64,000 nt of DNA from Magallana gigas (lineage: Eukaryota), in NCBI RefSeq assembly GCF_963853765.1, contig NC_088853.1, positions 2,170,001-2,234,000 of the forward strand, in the 5' to 3' direction. A program made the translations under genes and the position numbers. This document shows positions 23,789 to 37,899 of the stretch, piece by piece (position 1 is the stretch's first letter; each line of letters opens with the position of its first letter). Under the pieces are notes generated by a model. The model was not told the DNA's origin. It did no database searches and saw only the letters and a list, made by a program, of their open reading frames with translations.

Positions 23789-23873
23789 CCCTTGTTGGCA
23801 GACCTGGGAGTATTCATTGTAGTATTTGAGATTTGGCTTCTTCACTGAATCTAGACATGATGCATTGTTCCCA
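23789..23873 (-). CDS. ADAM10: ADAM10 exon (end of disintegrin domain); acceptor non-canonical
   Basis: GNNASCLDSVKKPNLKYYNEYSQVCQQG versus human [37 protein letters not shown] phase-0 donor. The 5' boundary is inferred. Confidence 0.8.
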
Positions 23874-25208
23874 GCGAAAATCAGTTAACAGTCCAAGGTC
23901 ACTTACATAAGTTCATAATTGGTGGCAGGTGCATAACTTTACTAATGAGAATCACTGGAAGTTCAAACTTCACATCAAGATTGTTATGACCAAAATAAAT
24001 GACATTACTTTTGACTCAAGGTCATTTCGTACAGTATACGGTTACTTACAAAATAAGTTCAAAATTTATGTCAGGTGCATATCTTTGTTATGGTTGTTCA
24101 TACTTCACACAAAGATTTCTTATGACCACACAATGTGACATGACATTGACTTACTGTCATTTCGTAAAGTTCAAGGTCATTGACAAAAAAAAATCTTTAA
24201 TTGCATCTTGTCTTTATCCTTCTTAAGAGAAACTGTTGGAGTTTTATTTTACAAGACGACTTTTAGAATCTGTCTTTGCAGGGGTGGGATGTTATTCTTG
24301 AGTTTACTAAGAGTGCATTTTAGTATCGGTTTAATTTTAAATGAAAAACAACAATCTGTTTGAAATTAAAGAATTTTGCAATAAGTAATATGTGTCATGG
24401 TTAATAAATAAGCTATAAAGTACAAATTTCGATGTTTACTTTTTAGAAAAATAAATGTAACACGTGACAGTCATAGAGACATTATCATTGACAAACATGT
24501 AAATTGCATATATTACTGCGTCAACAATTTACATAGTTTTTATTTGTATTCTTATTTAGTACACTGATGCACAAAGTGTTTCGGTCTAAAGATTTTACTC
24601 TCATTTCTAAAAACAAGTATTACTGTATGCAGAGAAATATTTCCCATTTTAACCCCCCCCCCTTTTTTTCGTCTTCGTCGTCAACAGGCAAATTTAAAAC
24701 TGGGCGAATTCCAATATTTGAAATTATCTCTTTATGAGCACATTTATGTCAGCGCGCATTAAAGTTGGAGCAAAACTGTTTGCAAGTGAAGAATTACGAT
24801 GGGGCAAAAAAAAACACCCCGTATACAATAAATAATAACAAAAAATGGTAATCACACATACACATGCATACTGAATTGTGAACAGTTAAGCAATAAGTAA
24901 CAATGTTAGTGTAAAATTATCCAAGAAAAATTATTTTTATAAAAAAAAAGTCTGCAGTGAGGGATCTTCAAAACATAAATTTTATTTGTCATGGTTACTG
25001 AATAAATTACTAAAAACACAATGTAAACAAACACATTGAAATGTTTGGTACAAATGAATACGAACACAATATATATCAATGAAATTAATAATAAATGTAT
25101 GAATACACATTCAAGTTCTTGTTAATTACATGTACATATAGTGTTTACACAGAAGATACAAAACAGTGATTCCACATGCAGACTCATGTAAACCTAATGC
25201 ATGTACAA

Positions 25209-26803
25209 CTAATCGTGAGGTAGCTGATTGTGAATGTGGTACATTTGAAAACAGGCAAATCTACACAAGTAGATATTGCAAACATTACACCCAAATATAG
25301 CTTCATGTCTTCGAACTTGAGAACTGCACCATCTGCATCGTCTCTTTTTTTCCATCAAGTTTAACATTCATGCGTCTTGAAATACTTGCCCTGGAAACTA
25401 AAGGACCATGTGGCTGAACTTTTTGTAATCTTTTACGACTTCCCCGATCAAGCATTGTGCAATATCCAGAGAGAATTCTTTCAAGGAATAGAGCCAAGTA
25501 GGCTTTGCTGTGCCCGGAGTGTTCAACCACAGAAGGAATAATACAGAATTTGAATATGAAATTCATAAATTATTTCCAGAATTTTTTTTAGGGTCTTCCA
25601 CCGATTTCTTTGATCTGTACTGTTGGGAGCGGTCCACTCCAGAGTAGTTCTGCTGGTAATATTGTATTGGAGGAGGACGCTGAAGAACAACCAGAACACC
25701 ATCCCTCCTGGGTCTGATTGCTGTATAGATATTAGTAAGTGGGTTTGATGTAGTGGACAATACACGTACCTGAAAAAGCATGCATTCATGTCATATAACT
25801 ATTTATTCCAGGTTTTCCAGGTTTTCATATCAAGAAAAAGAAACCTGTTTCAGACAATTGTGTTAAAAATGATCCAAAATATACCGGTACAGTATACACA
25901 AAGATTAACAAAATCTCACTGGTTTATTATCATTCCAAACATCTGCATTTGCTTTGCATCCGCCGTCTGTGCTGCCTTTTTGATGGTTTCCTCTGTTATT
26001 TTCCCGAATATGGCTGATGGCAGCATTAGCTGGAAGTACCGGTACACGTGCTCTTTGGGATCAAGAGTATTGCATGGGCCTTGATCTACTCCAAACTCCG
26101 CTATTTCCACATCATGAAGGTCGTCTTTGTTTAATTTTACATTATACGAAGATCCAGAACGTTTTTTACCTTTTGCTTTTATTTAGGAAAAACACTTAAC
26201 TTGATACAAGTGTTCGTCATGGAATAGTGTTGCGCTTTGTACTCGCAGGCACGGTCTGACTCTTAGTAAATTATTATAAATTTGTTACAGAATTTTAAAT
26301 TAGATATTTTATTTTTTTTATAAAAAATTTAAAACTTACAAAAATGAAACTTAATGGTTTAATTTGCGTTGTATTCAAGATGCATATATAGTTTATACAC
26401 CGTGTTTATCTCAACCAGAAAACACCAAAACTCTCATAAACAAATATCACCTTAACAATTGTTTTTTGTCGAAATGCTTGTAGAGACAAATGTAGCAACA
26501 ATTTCAAGCTTTTAAATGTTGATTAACATTTTCCTCCATGGTGATTTTAAAACAAAAGTACGACCGATGGAAGCTAGGGCAGATTCAGTCGACCAAGAGC
26601 GAGGTTTTAAGATTTCTGTACGAAAATGCGATATGCACTCCAGGTTTTCGGTAATTTCTAGACGTCGCACAAAAAATGATAATAATAAAAACATTTAGAA
26701 AATACAAACGGTTTTGCTATAGACGAGTTATTAACAAAACGCCAGCATTTTATAATTAGTAACTACCGAAAGGCGTCAAAAGACGTTTTTGGGCGCTAAA
26801 GGG
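25209..26803 (-). mobile_element. Defective piggyBac (PGBD4-like) element: internally deleted, frameshifted transposase with a spliceosomal intron
   Basis: Terminus TTAA|CCCTTTAGCGCCC at 26803. N-terminal motif EFGVDQGPCNTLDPKEHVYRYFQLMLPSAIFGKITEET..AAQ; then VWNDNKP|VRVLST; PPPIQYYQQNYSGVDRSQQ (third catalytic Asp region); KKFWK*FMNFIF; C-terminal Cys-rich domain RRCRWCSSQVRRHEAIFGCNVCNIYLCRFACFQMYH. The other terminus was not found. Confidence 0.85.
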
Positions 26804-29800
26804 TTAAGTGGATCAGTATATATTTTTCGGATATATATAGAGAGAGAGAAATAAATATAAAGACAAAAACCACAGAAAGTGAGAGAGAAAAACAGATATA
26901 AAGGCAAACAGAAAAGAGAAATATAGAAAGATAGAGATAAATTAACTTGTTGGATGCAAGACTACTAAAAAAATGTAGACCCACTTTCAGGCAGAAAGCA
27001 TAGTTATGCCAAAAAATCTCATCAGATCACACTTGCTATAGAAACAGCTGTTTAGCCTAAATATGAGACACAAGTTGTTCTTTACCATACACGTGTGCTA
27101 ATCAGAGCGTGCGAATTGTGTCTGAGATCATACTGGCGTCGATTAATGTATTAAATTTAAAGGACAGGTGTAACAAAATCATTTTCTTCTAAAAACATTT
27201 TCTTTGATACATATAAATCAGTTTATAACGATTTTCCCACTTGACTAGCATCAGATAAGAACACACAACTTAATTCAAACTTAACTTAGATTAAAGAGGG
27301 CGGATTAAGTTTTAAATACTTGTGACAAATCCCATTGCAATACATAATGCAATAAAATATGTTCAAATCAAATTAACTTGTTGGACGCCACACTACTAAG
27401 TGTACATCCACTGTCGGGCATTAAGCATTATTACACACAAACCTCATCAGATCACACTTGCTATAGAAACAGCTGTTTAGCCTAAAAATATGACACCAAT
27501 TATTCTTTACCATACAACTGTGCTTATCAAAGCGTGTGAATTGTGTCTGAGATCAGACTGGCGTCAATAAATGTATTAAATTTAAGTTATTTAAGTATGA
27601 TTCCCAATACTTTTTACGGAAATTACTTATAATTGACAGCTATAACAAATCTCACGGGACTGAAATCTACACGATTCACTTTTTAAACTAGTGGTCGATC
27701 GGTCAAGACATTTAGGAACCCAAGGAAATTCACGGACTGCACAAAATAATCAGGGTGTTTAAGACTCAAATTTTCATAGTAGTTAAATTAATTTTATCAT
27801 TACGATCAATTCATTCATTCATATATTTTATGATTAATGTGGGCTATGTATTTTCTGCAGTGTCACTACATTCAAATCCTCCAAGATTCACCAAAGAATA
27901 GATTTCAATCTAATATAAAATACTTATTACATACAATTATTTTTCTCTCCATACTTTTCATGGGTACCGCTTTAAATATTTGAGTAGCATTAGGAAATGT
28001 CAAAATGTACTTGTGGGTATATTAGTGCATGATTTCAATGTCATGGCTATCAGTTAGCAAATTGTCAATGCACCGAATTGAAGACAATCGTGCAGTATAC
28101 TAAAAAAAACTAGTTTTCAAGTTAATATATGTGTTGCTTTTGGTTAATATGTGATATATGTAATATGTGTAATTTAATTTTAATAATTTATAAGAACATG
28201 CATAAGATTGTATAATCAAGTATTGATTTATTTAATAAAATAAAATATAAATGGATATATTTAATCATTATTCTTTAGTATCTTTTAAGTCCATGGAAAA
28301 TGCTGACCACACCTAAGGCCTAACAATCATATAAACCATTTTTCAAAAGATGATTATTCAAAACGAATAAAAAAAAAGATAAACAAAGTTAATATATTTA
28401 ACCTCTTTTACCAGACAGCTTAATTTTGATTTTAAATTAAAAAATACTTTCATCCTTACACACGCCTATTAACTTACGGTCTGGCATTCTAATTATTTGC
28501 GTCATTGTAGGAAAACAGGTTTCGGATTACATCAAAACACCTTGTAGTATGTAGGGCAACCGATCGGGTGTATTAACATTTAAAAAATGATGCGGGTGGG
28601 GGGGGGGTGAGAACTCGAGCGTGATTCAGTAAAAATTGCTAATAAACTGCATGAGTTAAGCATGAGTTAAGCTCTTAAATCATACATTGCTGGATAAACA
28701 ATGAACAATTTAAACTGAACTTTAAAATATATTGAATGTGGAATATGATGCATTCCAAACTCGGTGTACAGCTGGAGTGAATTTATACACGATTTCTCTG
28801 CTGGAACGATACTAGTTTCTTCTAAAAAAAAGTTTTTTTAAATGGAGATGAAGAGAGATGTCAAACACATGTAAAAAGATATACAGTACAACAATTCAGG
28901 GTGTGACAGAGACTATACAGCAAACCAACCAATCAGGTGACACTTCTATTGTTGGGTGTGGGATGTCAGTCATACAAGGTCTGCATACATTCAGGTACAC
29001 CTGACTGCAGGTCTTACATGAATTATTACAGACCGGATATTTTAATAATCATACGAAAAAAACGTTTGTCATCATTCGGTAAGATATTGATTTTTATAGG
29101 TAACTTTGATTTCATTTAAGAATTTCCTGTTTTAAAAGATTGATGTGAAGTTTTGTTTAAGGTGGTGGTGGGAAGTGGGGGGGGGGGGGGTATGAAAGTG
29201 GGGATAAAAAAAATAGCGTAAGTATATGAGAGAACTTGTCGTTTGTTAACTAATTTTCTTTATGTTCGAGTATTCCAGTTTCTCTTTTTATTCCTTATAG
29301 ACTAAAGAGTTCTGATTTTAGCGTGCTAAATCGGATGTTAAGGGGAAAAACTACCATCCATAGCTTCCGAGAAGTAGAGCTGAACTAGAGATTTCATTAA
29401 ACGACACAAGGAATATAGAAATAAGTCAAGACAAACTATGTATCATGTCAAATTATATAAGGTAGTCGATTAGATGGATCATATCAGATTACATAATGCA
29501 GTCTATTAGATGTACATGTCATTGAGTAGGTCACATAGACATGATACAGACACAAGTAACATTAAAGTAAGTCACTCCAAACTATATACCATGTCAAATT
29601 ATATAATCAATTCATTATTTTTCCAATTCGTTTTGTGCGTTTTTTAAAAAAAGGGGGTGGGGGATGTTATTGAAATTGTGTAAAATGTGGAGTATATTTG
29701 TTAATGAACAATTATATGGGGTGATAATGTATGTATGTAATGTGGTATTATCTTATAAACCTGTTTATACTTACTGGAGGTTAAAAATCAGTTACAAATA

Positions 29801-31163
29801 TACCGGAAGCATTTGCCTTTTTTAAATGAAAATTAAAATGTTTTAATGAAAATGTGATAAAATAAAACTTCCCACAGATGGTAGTGAGGTCTTTCGACTA
29901 AGCAGTCCGTTTTGTCGAAATATTTTAGTATATATTAGTTATCATGCATGCATAAATAAAAAAAAACAAAAACAAAAACTTTTACACAGATGATAATGAT
30001 GAATACATTTATCTTTGATACGGAAAGATGTGCCCGGAAGCAGATACAATTAAATCTTTTTTGACTTTTTGCATGTGTCTGGAGAGAAGTTAAACCAAAA
30101 CGTCCATCACATTTGTTTTCTTTTGGGGGGGGGGGGGTGGAATGGAAACATTTGTTAATTTTAAAGTTCATTTCCGTGTTTAAATGCAAATATGTTCATG
30201 AAGTACTTCCCTGGTTATTGATTAAAATTAAAAGTAAACATAAACTTAATGGAAGCTTTAATTTACTAAGAATAAACCGCGCACAGTGCAACATTTTAAT
30301 TATCAGTACTAGAGTAATCGTTATTCAGTCATATAAACCTTTTGTTCAACATAACTGTTTGAGGAGCATTTCCTCCCTGCTGCTAATAGATTGGTAAAAA
30401 AATCGAAGTTGCAACTAGTTTATGCATTGTGAGCTTAACAAGGCTTAATATAGAATGTCGTAAACTAAATTACTTTGTTCTGATCTTTGGCGCAAGAGTG
30501 TAAACATGAAATTCAGTAATTGTGGCATAAATTGGAATGGACAAGAACAAGTAAAGGGCGATTTCAAACCTGTTGTTATCTCCTTCATTACAATATTGGT
30601 AGAATAGATCAAGATCAAAAGGTCAAGGTTACATCTCAGTGTCACTTTTAGGGGGTTACAACTTCTCCAATAGCTTATAAAGAAACGTTCACGACAAACA
30701 TGTTACTGGTTAAATTTGTTTTCACTTTTGAATAACCTTGACCTTTGACCTTGACCTTTTTGTCATGCAAAGAAATCATTGATGCCACTGCAAGTTGTTC
30801 CGTGTGTCTGCAATTGCCTGTTTTCATATTTTGGATTCGACCATGGCGACTCATCACAAGTGTATTCAAAACAATATATTTACATTCCAAATATTTTTTG
30901 CATGTAAAGTGTGTGAAAAGATACTGCAGTTATAAACTGTAACACACACAGGGTACTCAAAGGTTAAAATGACTAGTTTTATTATGACGTCACAAACACT
31001 GAACGCTGTAAAATGCAACGTCACATTCGAGAATCAAAGTTCACGCTTGTGGCTGTTCGGTGGCTCTTCCATTAATTTGAACTTACCCATAGGATAATAC
31101 AGTAATTTTGACCTAAAAAACACATTTGCAGACAAGGAAAGAAGTTTTAAAAAATGTAAATAA

Positions 31164-31337
31164 AAGCATTAGATCATTATTTTTTGAAAGATATAGTCTC
31201 ATAACTGCAGCGGTGTGTGCATATAAATTTTCATAACGCGCTAGCGCGCGTTATTCAATTTGCATGCACACACCGCTGCAGTTATGAGTAATGAGATTAT
31301 GAGACTATATCTTTCAAAAAATAATGACCCAATGCTT
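31164..31337. mobile_element. Foldback (palindromic) non-autonomous element
   Basis: AAGCATT...GAAAGATATAGTCTCATAACTGCAGCGGTGTGTGCAT and its reverse complement around the centre TAACGCGCTAGCGCGCGTTA. Confidence 0.75.
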
Positions 31338-32972
31338 AAGTATACGGTGTCAATTAAATCAATGTAATGTGATGTACACACAGCCTTATGTATAAGGTCA
31401 GCCGCGTTTACAAGAGCAAGTTATGCAAGATTGAGATGCGTAGTGAATGATTAACGTTAAGTGACTGGTTGACATGGTAACACCTTTCATAAAGGAAACA
31501 GTAATGCTGCCTGGTCAAAGTTTTGTCCTGAGCAGCTAACTAAGATGTTGACGGCGTCCTCGAATTTTAAATAAACAACTGCCTTTAAGGATCCAAATCG
31601 ATAACAGCCAGTCAGGTACACCTGAGAAGAAGTAAATAAATGATAAGAGAGAACATGTTAAAAAAGTTTAAAGTATAAGTAAAATAAGGGGTCTTTCGTC
31701 ACCAACATTGTGAAGGTTAAGAGGAGAAAGAGAAAGAGCGGTAGAGAGAGATACAGACAGACAGAAACATAGACGGAGGCGGAAAGAACGAAATAGCGAA
31801 AAAAAGATAGACAGGAAGAGAGAAAGAAAAAGAGAGGGAGAGAGAGAGAGAGGGGGGTTGAGTACATAGCTGAAGAGGTAAATAATTTGACTGCAGGTTT
31901 TGACTGTGCAGTTAATATGATCAAGGGTAATCAAAAACTAGTACAAAACAAAATGTTAATACTTAGCCCCAATCTTCAGAATCCTAAAACCCGGTATTTT
32001 TATTTATGTTCCCCTATAATTGTTTCCATAATTCCCGAAATAAATAGTGTAGAAGGGGTGGCCATTTCCATAAAAGAATATTTTTCTATATGTGAAAAAT
32101 GTCTGATTTAAAAATATGTGCTAGAGACAGGGCTTTCCGACCCCCCCCCCCCCCCCCCAGCCCCCAGGGTGTCGATATTTATAGGGTGAAGGAAGAGTTT
32201 GTCATTGTCGGCGCCGAAAACGTCCACAGCTCAAAGATCAGGAGTTCTGGGATATACCGTAGATATTTAAATGATGCAGTGATTAAAGTGCATCATATTC
32301 ACCCAACATGCAAAAATCGGCTCTTTATCCTACATTTAATGCAACAAGCTAATATTCTAAGTTGGTACAAATAACACGGTCACTGACAGATAGCAGAGAC
32401 TCACTTTTGTTCTCTCTATTTCCATTTTACTTTTAACAGAATTCCTCATCTTTGCAAGAAACAATTTTAGTGTCCATTCTATGTCCTGTTTGTGGAAATA
32501 GAACAGACACAAAACCCGTAGCTTGAAATAATGGAATTGCGTTCATATTTATTAAAGAGTAAACTACCCAGAGGGCAAAATCCAGACACCTTACAACACC
32601 CTTGGCTTTCTATGATGAGAATTATTAAAGGTATAAATGCCGTTTGAAATCTATTAAGCAACACATTTTATACACTTTCTGTAAATTATACAGTTTAAGT
32701 CAAACGCATTTAAAAGTATTGAATATAGATTCTAATGAATTCATTCGGTCGGTAAACGACAATTTTGAAATATTCAAAAGCACGTGATGTGACAAGCTAA
32801 TTTTAGAACGTACACAAGATGTCGACGCAAAAACGTGGTTTGTCTGTGGGCAGTGAAATAACGCGTCCAAAGAGAAAAGAAAGAAACAGTTTGACAGAGA
32901 ACGTTGTAAAATTAGAGTATATATTGAAGAACACATCTAGCGGTGGGAACGTGTTAAAGACGTCGTGCTTAA

Positions 32973-33075
32973 AGTGGAATAAAACAGCTGGAAAAAGTCC
33001 ATAAAATCCTTTTAATAAAACGAAATGTCGTTTCGATCAGTGTCAGCCATTTTTGTGATGATGTGTTATTCCACC
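32973..33075. mobile_element. 103-bp minimal deletion derivative of the MITE family at 57126-57461
   Basis: TTAA|AGTGGAATAAAACAGCTGGAAAAAGTC ... CAGCCATTTTTGTGATGATGTGTTATTCCACC|TTAA. Both ends match the ends of the 57.1-kb element in opposite orientation. Confidence 0.7.
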
Positions 33076-36000
33076 TTAATTATGAGCTTGCCGGGTTCAT
33101 GCTAAAGACGGGTGGGTCACACAGCGGTGTGTTTTCTTTTTTAAATAAGATATATTTACTCATAAAGGAAAAAAAATTATATGCATGGTATGATATTCAT
33201 TGTCTGATTATGATAAAACTTGTATAGGTTATTATACAAAAACCTTTTTAAAAAATTTATAAATTGTATCTGTTTTGAGTCAAGTGACCCCAGAAGGGAT
33301 AATTTTGACTTGCTATTTTATAATTATATATGTTGTCAAATGCATGAAAAAATGATTTATTGCAAAAGAGCTCTCATTAGCTGTCATCGACACCGATACG
33401 CACCCATCCTCATAAAATGCAGATGAAAATATATGATATTTTTTTCTGTTAACAGCACAAAAACCCCCGAACAACTGTAAACAAACCTGTCTTATTACCT
33501 CGTCCTGCATGCTGCTCTTCTGAATTATTATTCCCGCGCACATGCACAAATGTACCTTAAACGTTAATCGTTTATGGATCCGCATAGGTAAATCGCCGTT
33601 ATTCATTTGTAACATTTTTTATCGAATTCTTTTTTATGTACTTAGTCATGCTGACAAAATTTGGGTTTGGCTTTCAACATCACAAAAAATGGCGTTAAAA
33701 TGGCATATATTTACCTTCATTCATTAATATGTTTTGTGATTAATGTGGGTTATGTATTTTCTTCAGTGTCACTAGCTTTATATCCAGTATGAATCATCAA
33801 AGAATGGATTTTAATCTTAAATAAAATACTTATTAACTACATTCAATTATTTTTCTCTCCATTCTTATTATGGGTACTGCTGGAAATATTTAAGTAGCAT
33901 TAAGAAATGTTATCCTGTACTTGTGGGTATATTAGTGTGTGATCTCAATGTTATAGCTATCAGTTAGGAAATTGACAATGTAGTGTATTGAAGGCAATTG
34001 TGCAGTATACTAAAACAACTATTTTTTAAGTCCATGTACTCAGAAATGTGTTGCTTTTGATTAATTTGTGCAATGAAAAAAATTCCTAAACTAAAGTATC
34101 AGTAGGTTCGTCAAACCACAATTATGTTTATTTAAATGGGTCAATAATGGGCCGCCGTCGCTTTTCAATGAATTGATTTGTTTTAAAAAAAAAATAAAAA
34201 ATAAACCAGAGAGGTTGTTTTGGCTGCGGACTTTATAATTTGGAGATTAAAAATTGGTCTCAATGGATGTAATTTTAATTTTAATAATTTATGAGAGCAT
34301 GCATAAGATTGTATAATCAAGTCTTGATTTCTTTGATAAAACAATAAGTGACATAAAATTCATTATTCTTTATTATCTTTTAAATCCATGGAAAATTCTT
34401 ATCACACTTAACAATCATATAAAGCATCTATCAAACGATGCTTGTTTAAAACGAATTAATAAAAACATGTACTATAAACTTCTACCAGACAGTCTAATTT
34501 TGATTTTAAATTCAAAAATCCTTTCATCCTTACACACCACACACGCCTATCAGCTTCCAGTCTGGCATCCAATTATTCGCGTCATCGTAGGTAAACAGGT
34601 GTCGTATTACATCAAAACACCTTGTAGTATGTAGGGCAACCAGTCGGCTGTATCAACATTTAAAACATGATGCAGGGGGGGGGGGTGAAAACTCGAGCGT
34701 GATTCGGTGAAAATTGCTGATAAACTGCATGAGTTTTGTTTTAAATTTAAACATTGCTGGGCAAACAATCAACAATTTAAACTGAATTTTAAAATATATT
34801 AGATTGAAATCTGATACATTCCATGATCGATGTACAGCTAGTGTGAATTTATACTTGATATCTCTGCTGGAACGATACTAGCTTCTTCTAGAAAAAAAAA
34901 GTTTATTGAAATAAAAAAGAGAGAGAGAGAGAGAGTGTTTCACTTTACTTCTTCACATTCATCTTATGTTAAACACATGTAAAAAGATATAAAGTACAAC
35001 AATTCAGGGACTGACCCAGACTATACAGTAAACCAACCAATCAAGTGACACTTCTATTGTTGGGTTCTCGATGTCAGCCCGACAAAGTCTGCACACATTC
35101 AGGTACACCTGACTGCAGGTTTCATATGCATTATTACAGGCCAGATATTTAATAATCTGACAAAAATACATTTGTCATCATTGGGTAAGATATTGATTAT
35201 TATATGTAACTTTGATTTGATTAAAACATTTCTCGTTTTAAAAAATGTGAACTTTGAATTGAAGTGAAGTCTTGTTTTGGTGGTTGGGGGGGGGGGGGGG
35301 GGTTATGACGGTTGGGATATAGAAATAGTGTTAAGTATATGAGAGAACATGTCGCTTGTTTACGAATTTTCTTGATGTTCAAGTATTCCAGTTTCTCTTT
35401 TTATTTATTATAGACTACAGAGTTCTGCTTTTCGCGTGCTAAATCGGGTGTTAAGGGAAACAACTACAATCCATAGCTTCCGAGAAGTAGAGCGGAACTA
35501 CAGATTACATTAAACGACACAAGGACTATAGAAGTAAGTCACGACAAACTATGTACCATGTCAAACTATATAAGGTAGTCGATTAGATGTATCATATCGC
35601 ATTACATAATGCAGTCTATTAGAAGTATATGCCATTGAGTAGGTCACACAGACATGATACGGACACAAGTAACATTAAAGTAAGTCACTCCAAACTATAT
35701 ACCATGTCACATTATATAAGGCAGTCTGTAAGACGTACATGCCATTGAATAGACTTGTCTATAAGACGTAAATGCCATTGAATAAACTGCCGTTGAATCA
35801 ATTCATAATTTCTCGATTCCATTTTGTGGTTGTGATTTCCTTCTTTAAAAAAAGTGGGTAGGGGTGTTGTTGAGTACATGTAGAATACGTGGTATATTTG
35901 TTAATGAACAATTATATGAGGTGATTATATCAGGTGATAATGCATGCATGTAATGCGTTATTATCTTATAAAACTGCTTATACTTACTATAGGTTAAACG

Positions 36001-36833
36001 CAGTAATACAAAATCAGTAACAAATATACAGGAAGTATTTGCCTTTTTTTTTAAATAAAAGACCAAATATTTGAATATAAAAGTAAGTCAGGACAAACAA
36101 TGTACCATGTCAAATTATATAAGGTCGTAGCAAGATCCTTCGACAAAGCAGTCCGTCGACATACAACTGTTGTTTATATTTTGTCTAAATATTTCAGGAA
36201 ATCTATTATGCATAAATTGATAAAAAAAAAAAAAATTCACACGGTTGATAATGATTGGGACATTCATCTTTGATACGGAAAGATGTGCCCGGAAGCAAAT
36301 ACAGTTAAATCTTCTTCATCATATACTTCCCTGGTTATTGATTAAAATTAAAAGAAAACATAAATTTAATTGAAGCCTTAATTTACAATCAACAAACTGC
36401 ACACAGTGAAACATTTTAATTATCAGAATTAGAGTTAACGTTATTTAGTCATAGAAACTTTTTTATTGAACTTAACTGTTTGAGGTTCATTTTCTCCCTC
36501 ATGCTATTAGATTGGTAAAGAAAATCGGAGTTGCAACTATTTTATGCACTGTGAGCTTTAAGGGCTCAATATAGAATGCAGTAAAATTATTTACTTTGTT
36601 CTGATCTTTGGCACAAGAGCGTAAACATGAAATTCAGTAATTGTGGCATAAACCGGAAGTGGAAGAGATCAACCTTGACTTTTTGTCATGCAGAGAAATC
36701 CTTGACGCCACTGTATGTTGTTCTGTGTATCTGCAATTTCTCGTTTTTCATATTTTGGATTCGACCGCGGCGACTCATAACAAGTGTCTGCAAAACAATG
36801 TATACGGTGTCAATTGAATCAATGTAATGTGAT

Positions 36834-36899
<66 letters not shown>
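36834..36899. repeat. (CA)n microsatellite
   Basis: Uninterrupted CA run. Confidence 0.95.
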
Positions 36900-36901
<2 letters not shown>

Positions 36902-37899
36902 CAAACAATGTGTATGGTGTCAGTTGAATCAATGTAATGTGATGTACACACACCCTTATGGACAAGGTGAGCTGTGTTTACATGAACAAGTTATGCACGA
37001 TTGAGATGCGTAGTGAATGAATAAACGTCAAGCATTGTTGAGTGACTGGTTGACATGGTAACATTTTAATAAAGAAAATAGTAATGCTGCTAATATAGAG
37101 TGTTTCTGGATAGCATGACTAAGAAGTGAACTAGCCGGGTCAAAGTTTTGTCGTGAGCAGCTAACTAAGATGTTTGCAGCGTCCTCGAATTTCAATTTAA
37201 AAACTGCTGCACATTCTTCTTTTGTGTTGAATTGCATGAGATCAGAAATTAATTAATTAATGCTGATTGTTGAACATTAAAAAAAAAAAAAGTTCCAATT
37301 CGATTAAAGCCAGTCATGTAACGTATCACCTGAGAAGAAGTAAATAAATAATAAGAGAGGACATGTTAAACAATCATTCTGATAGTATTACATAAATAAC
37401 AAGCATTCTAAGAGTATTGCATAAGCAATACACGTCCCCTACCGTTAACCCCTTTGATTGAGAATGACAACAGTTTGAGACCCTGTATATTAAATATCCC
37501 CAATCATAAATGTAGTAATTGTAATGTATGAAAAATGATTATAATTAACAGCAAACCATCTCAAAAATCCATTAAAAAATACATATTTGAAGCAAAGCAA
37601 ACACAGAAGTCTAACGTTAGTCTATATATCCCATTCAACAGCCAAACCCGATAACGAACCCGATTGTAATAATAATAATGATAAAACCCTGCCGTTAAAA
37701 TTTACACAATACTTGACACCATTTTACAGAACTTATTTGTTTGTTATTAGAAATGATAAATGTAATAAAACAAATAATGCACGATAGTATTTATTATTTT
37801 ACTGACCACATAATGTCCTCGTTCATTTAGTACACACCGATAATGAACCCGATCATTAAACAATTTGGAGTGAAAAAATTAAATTTCTGGAAATTATGT

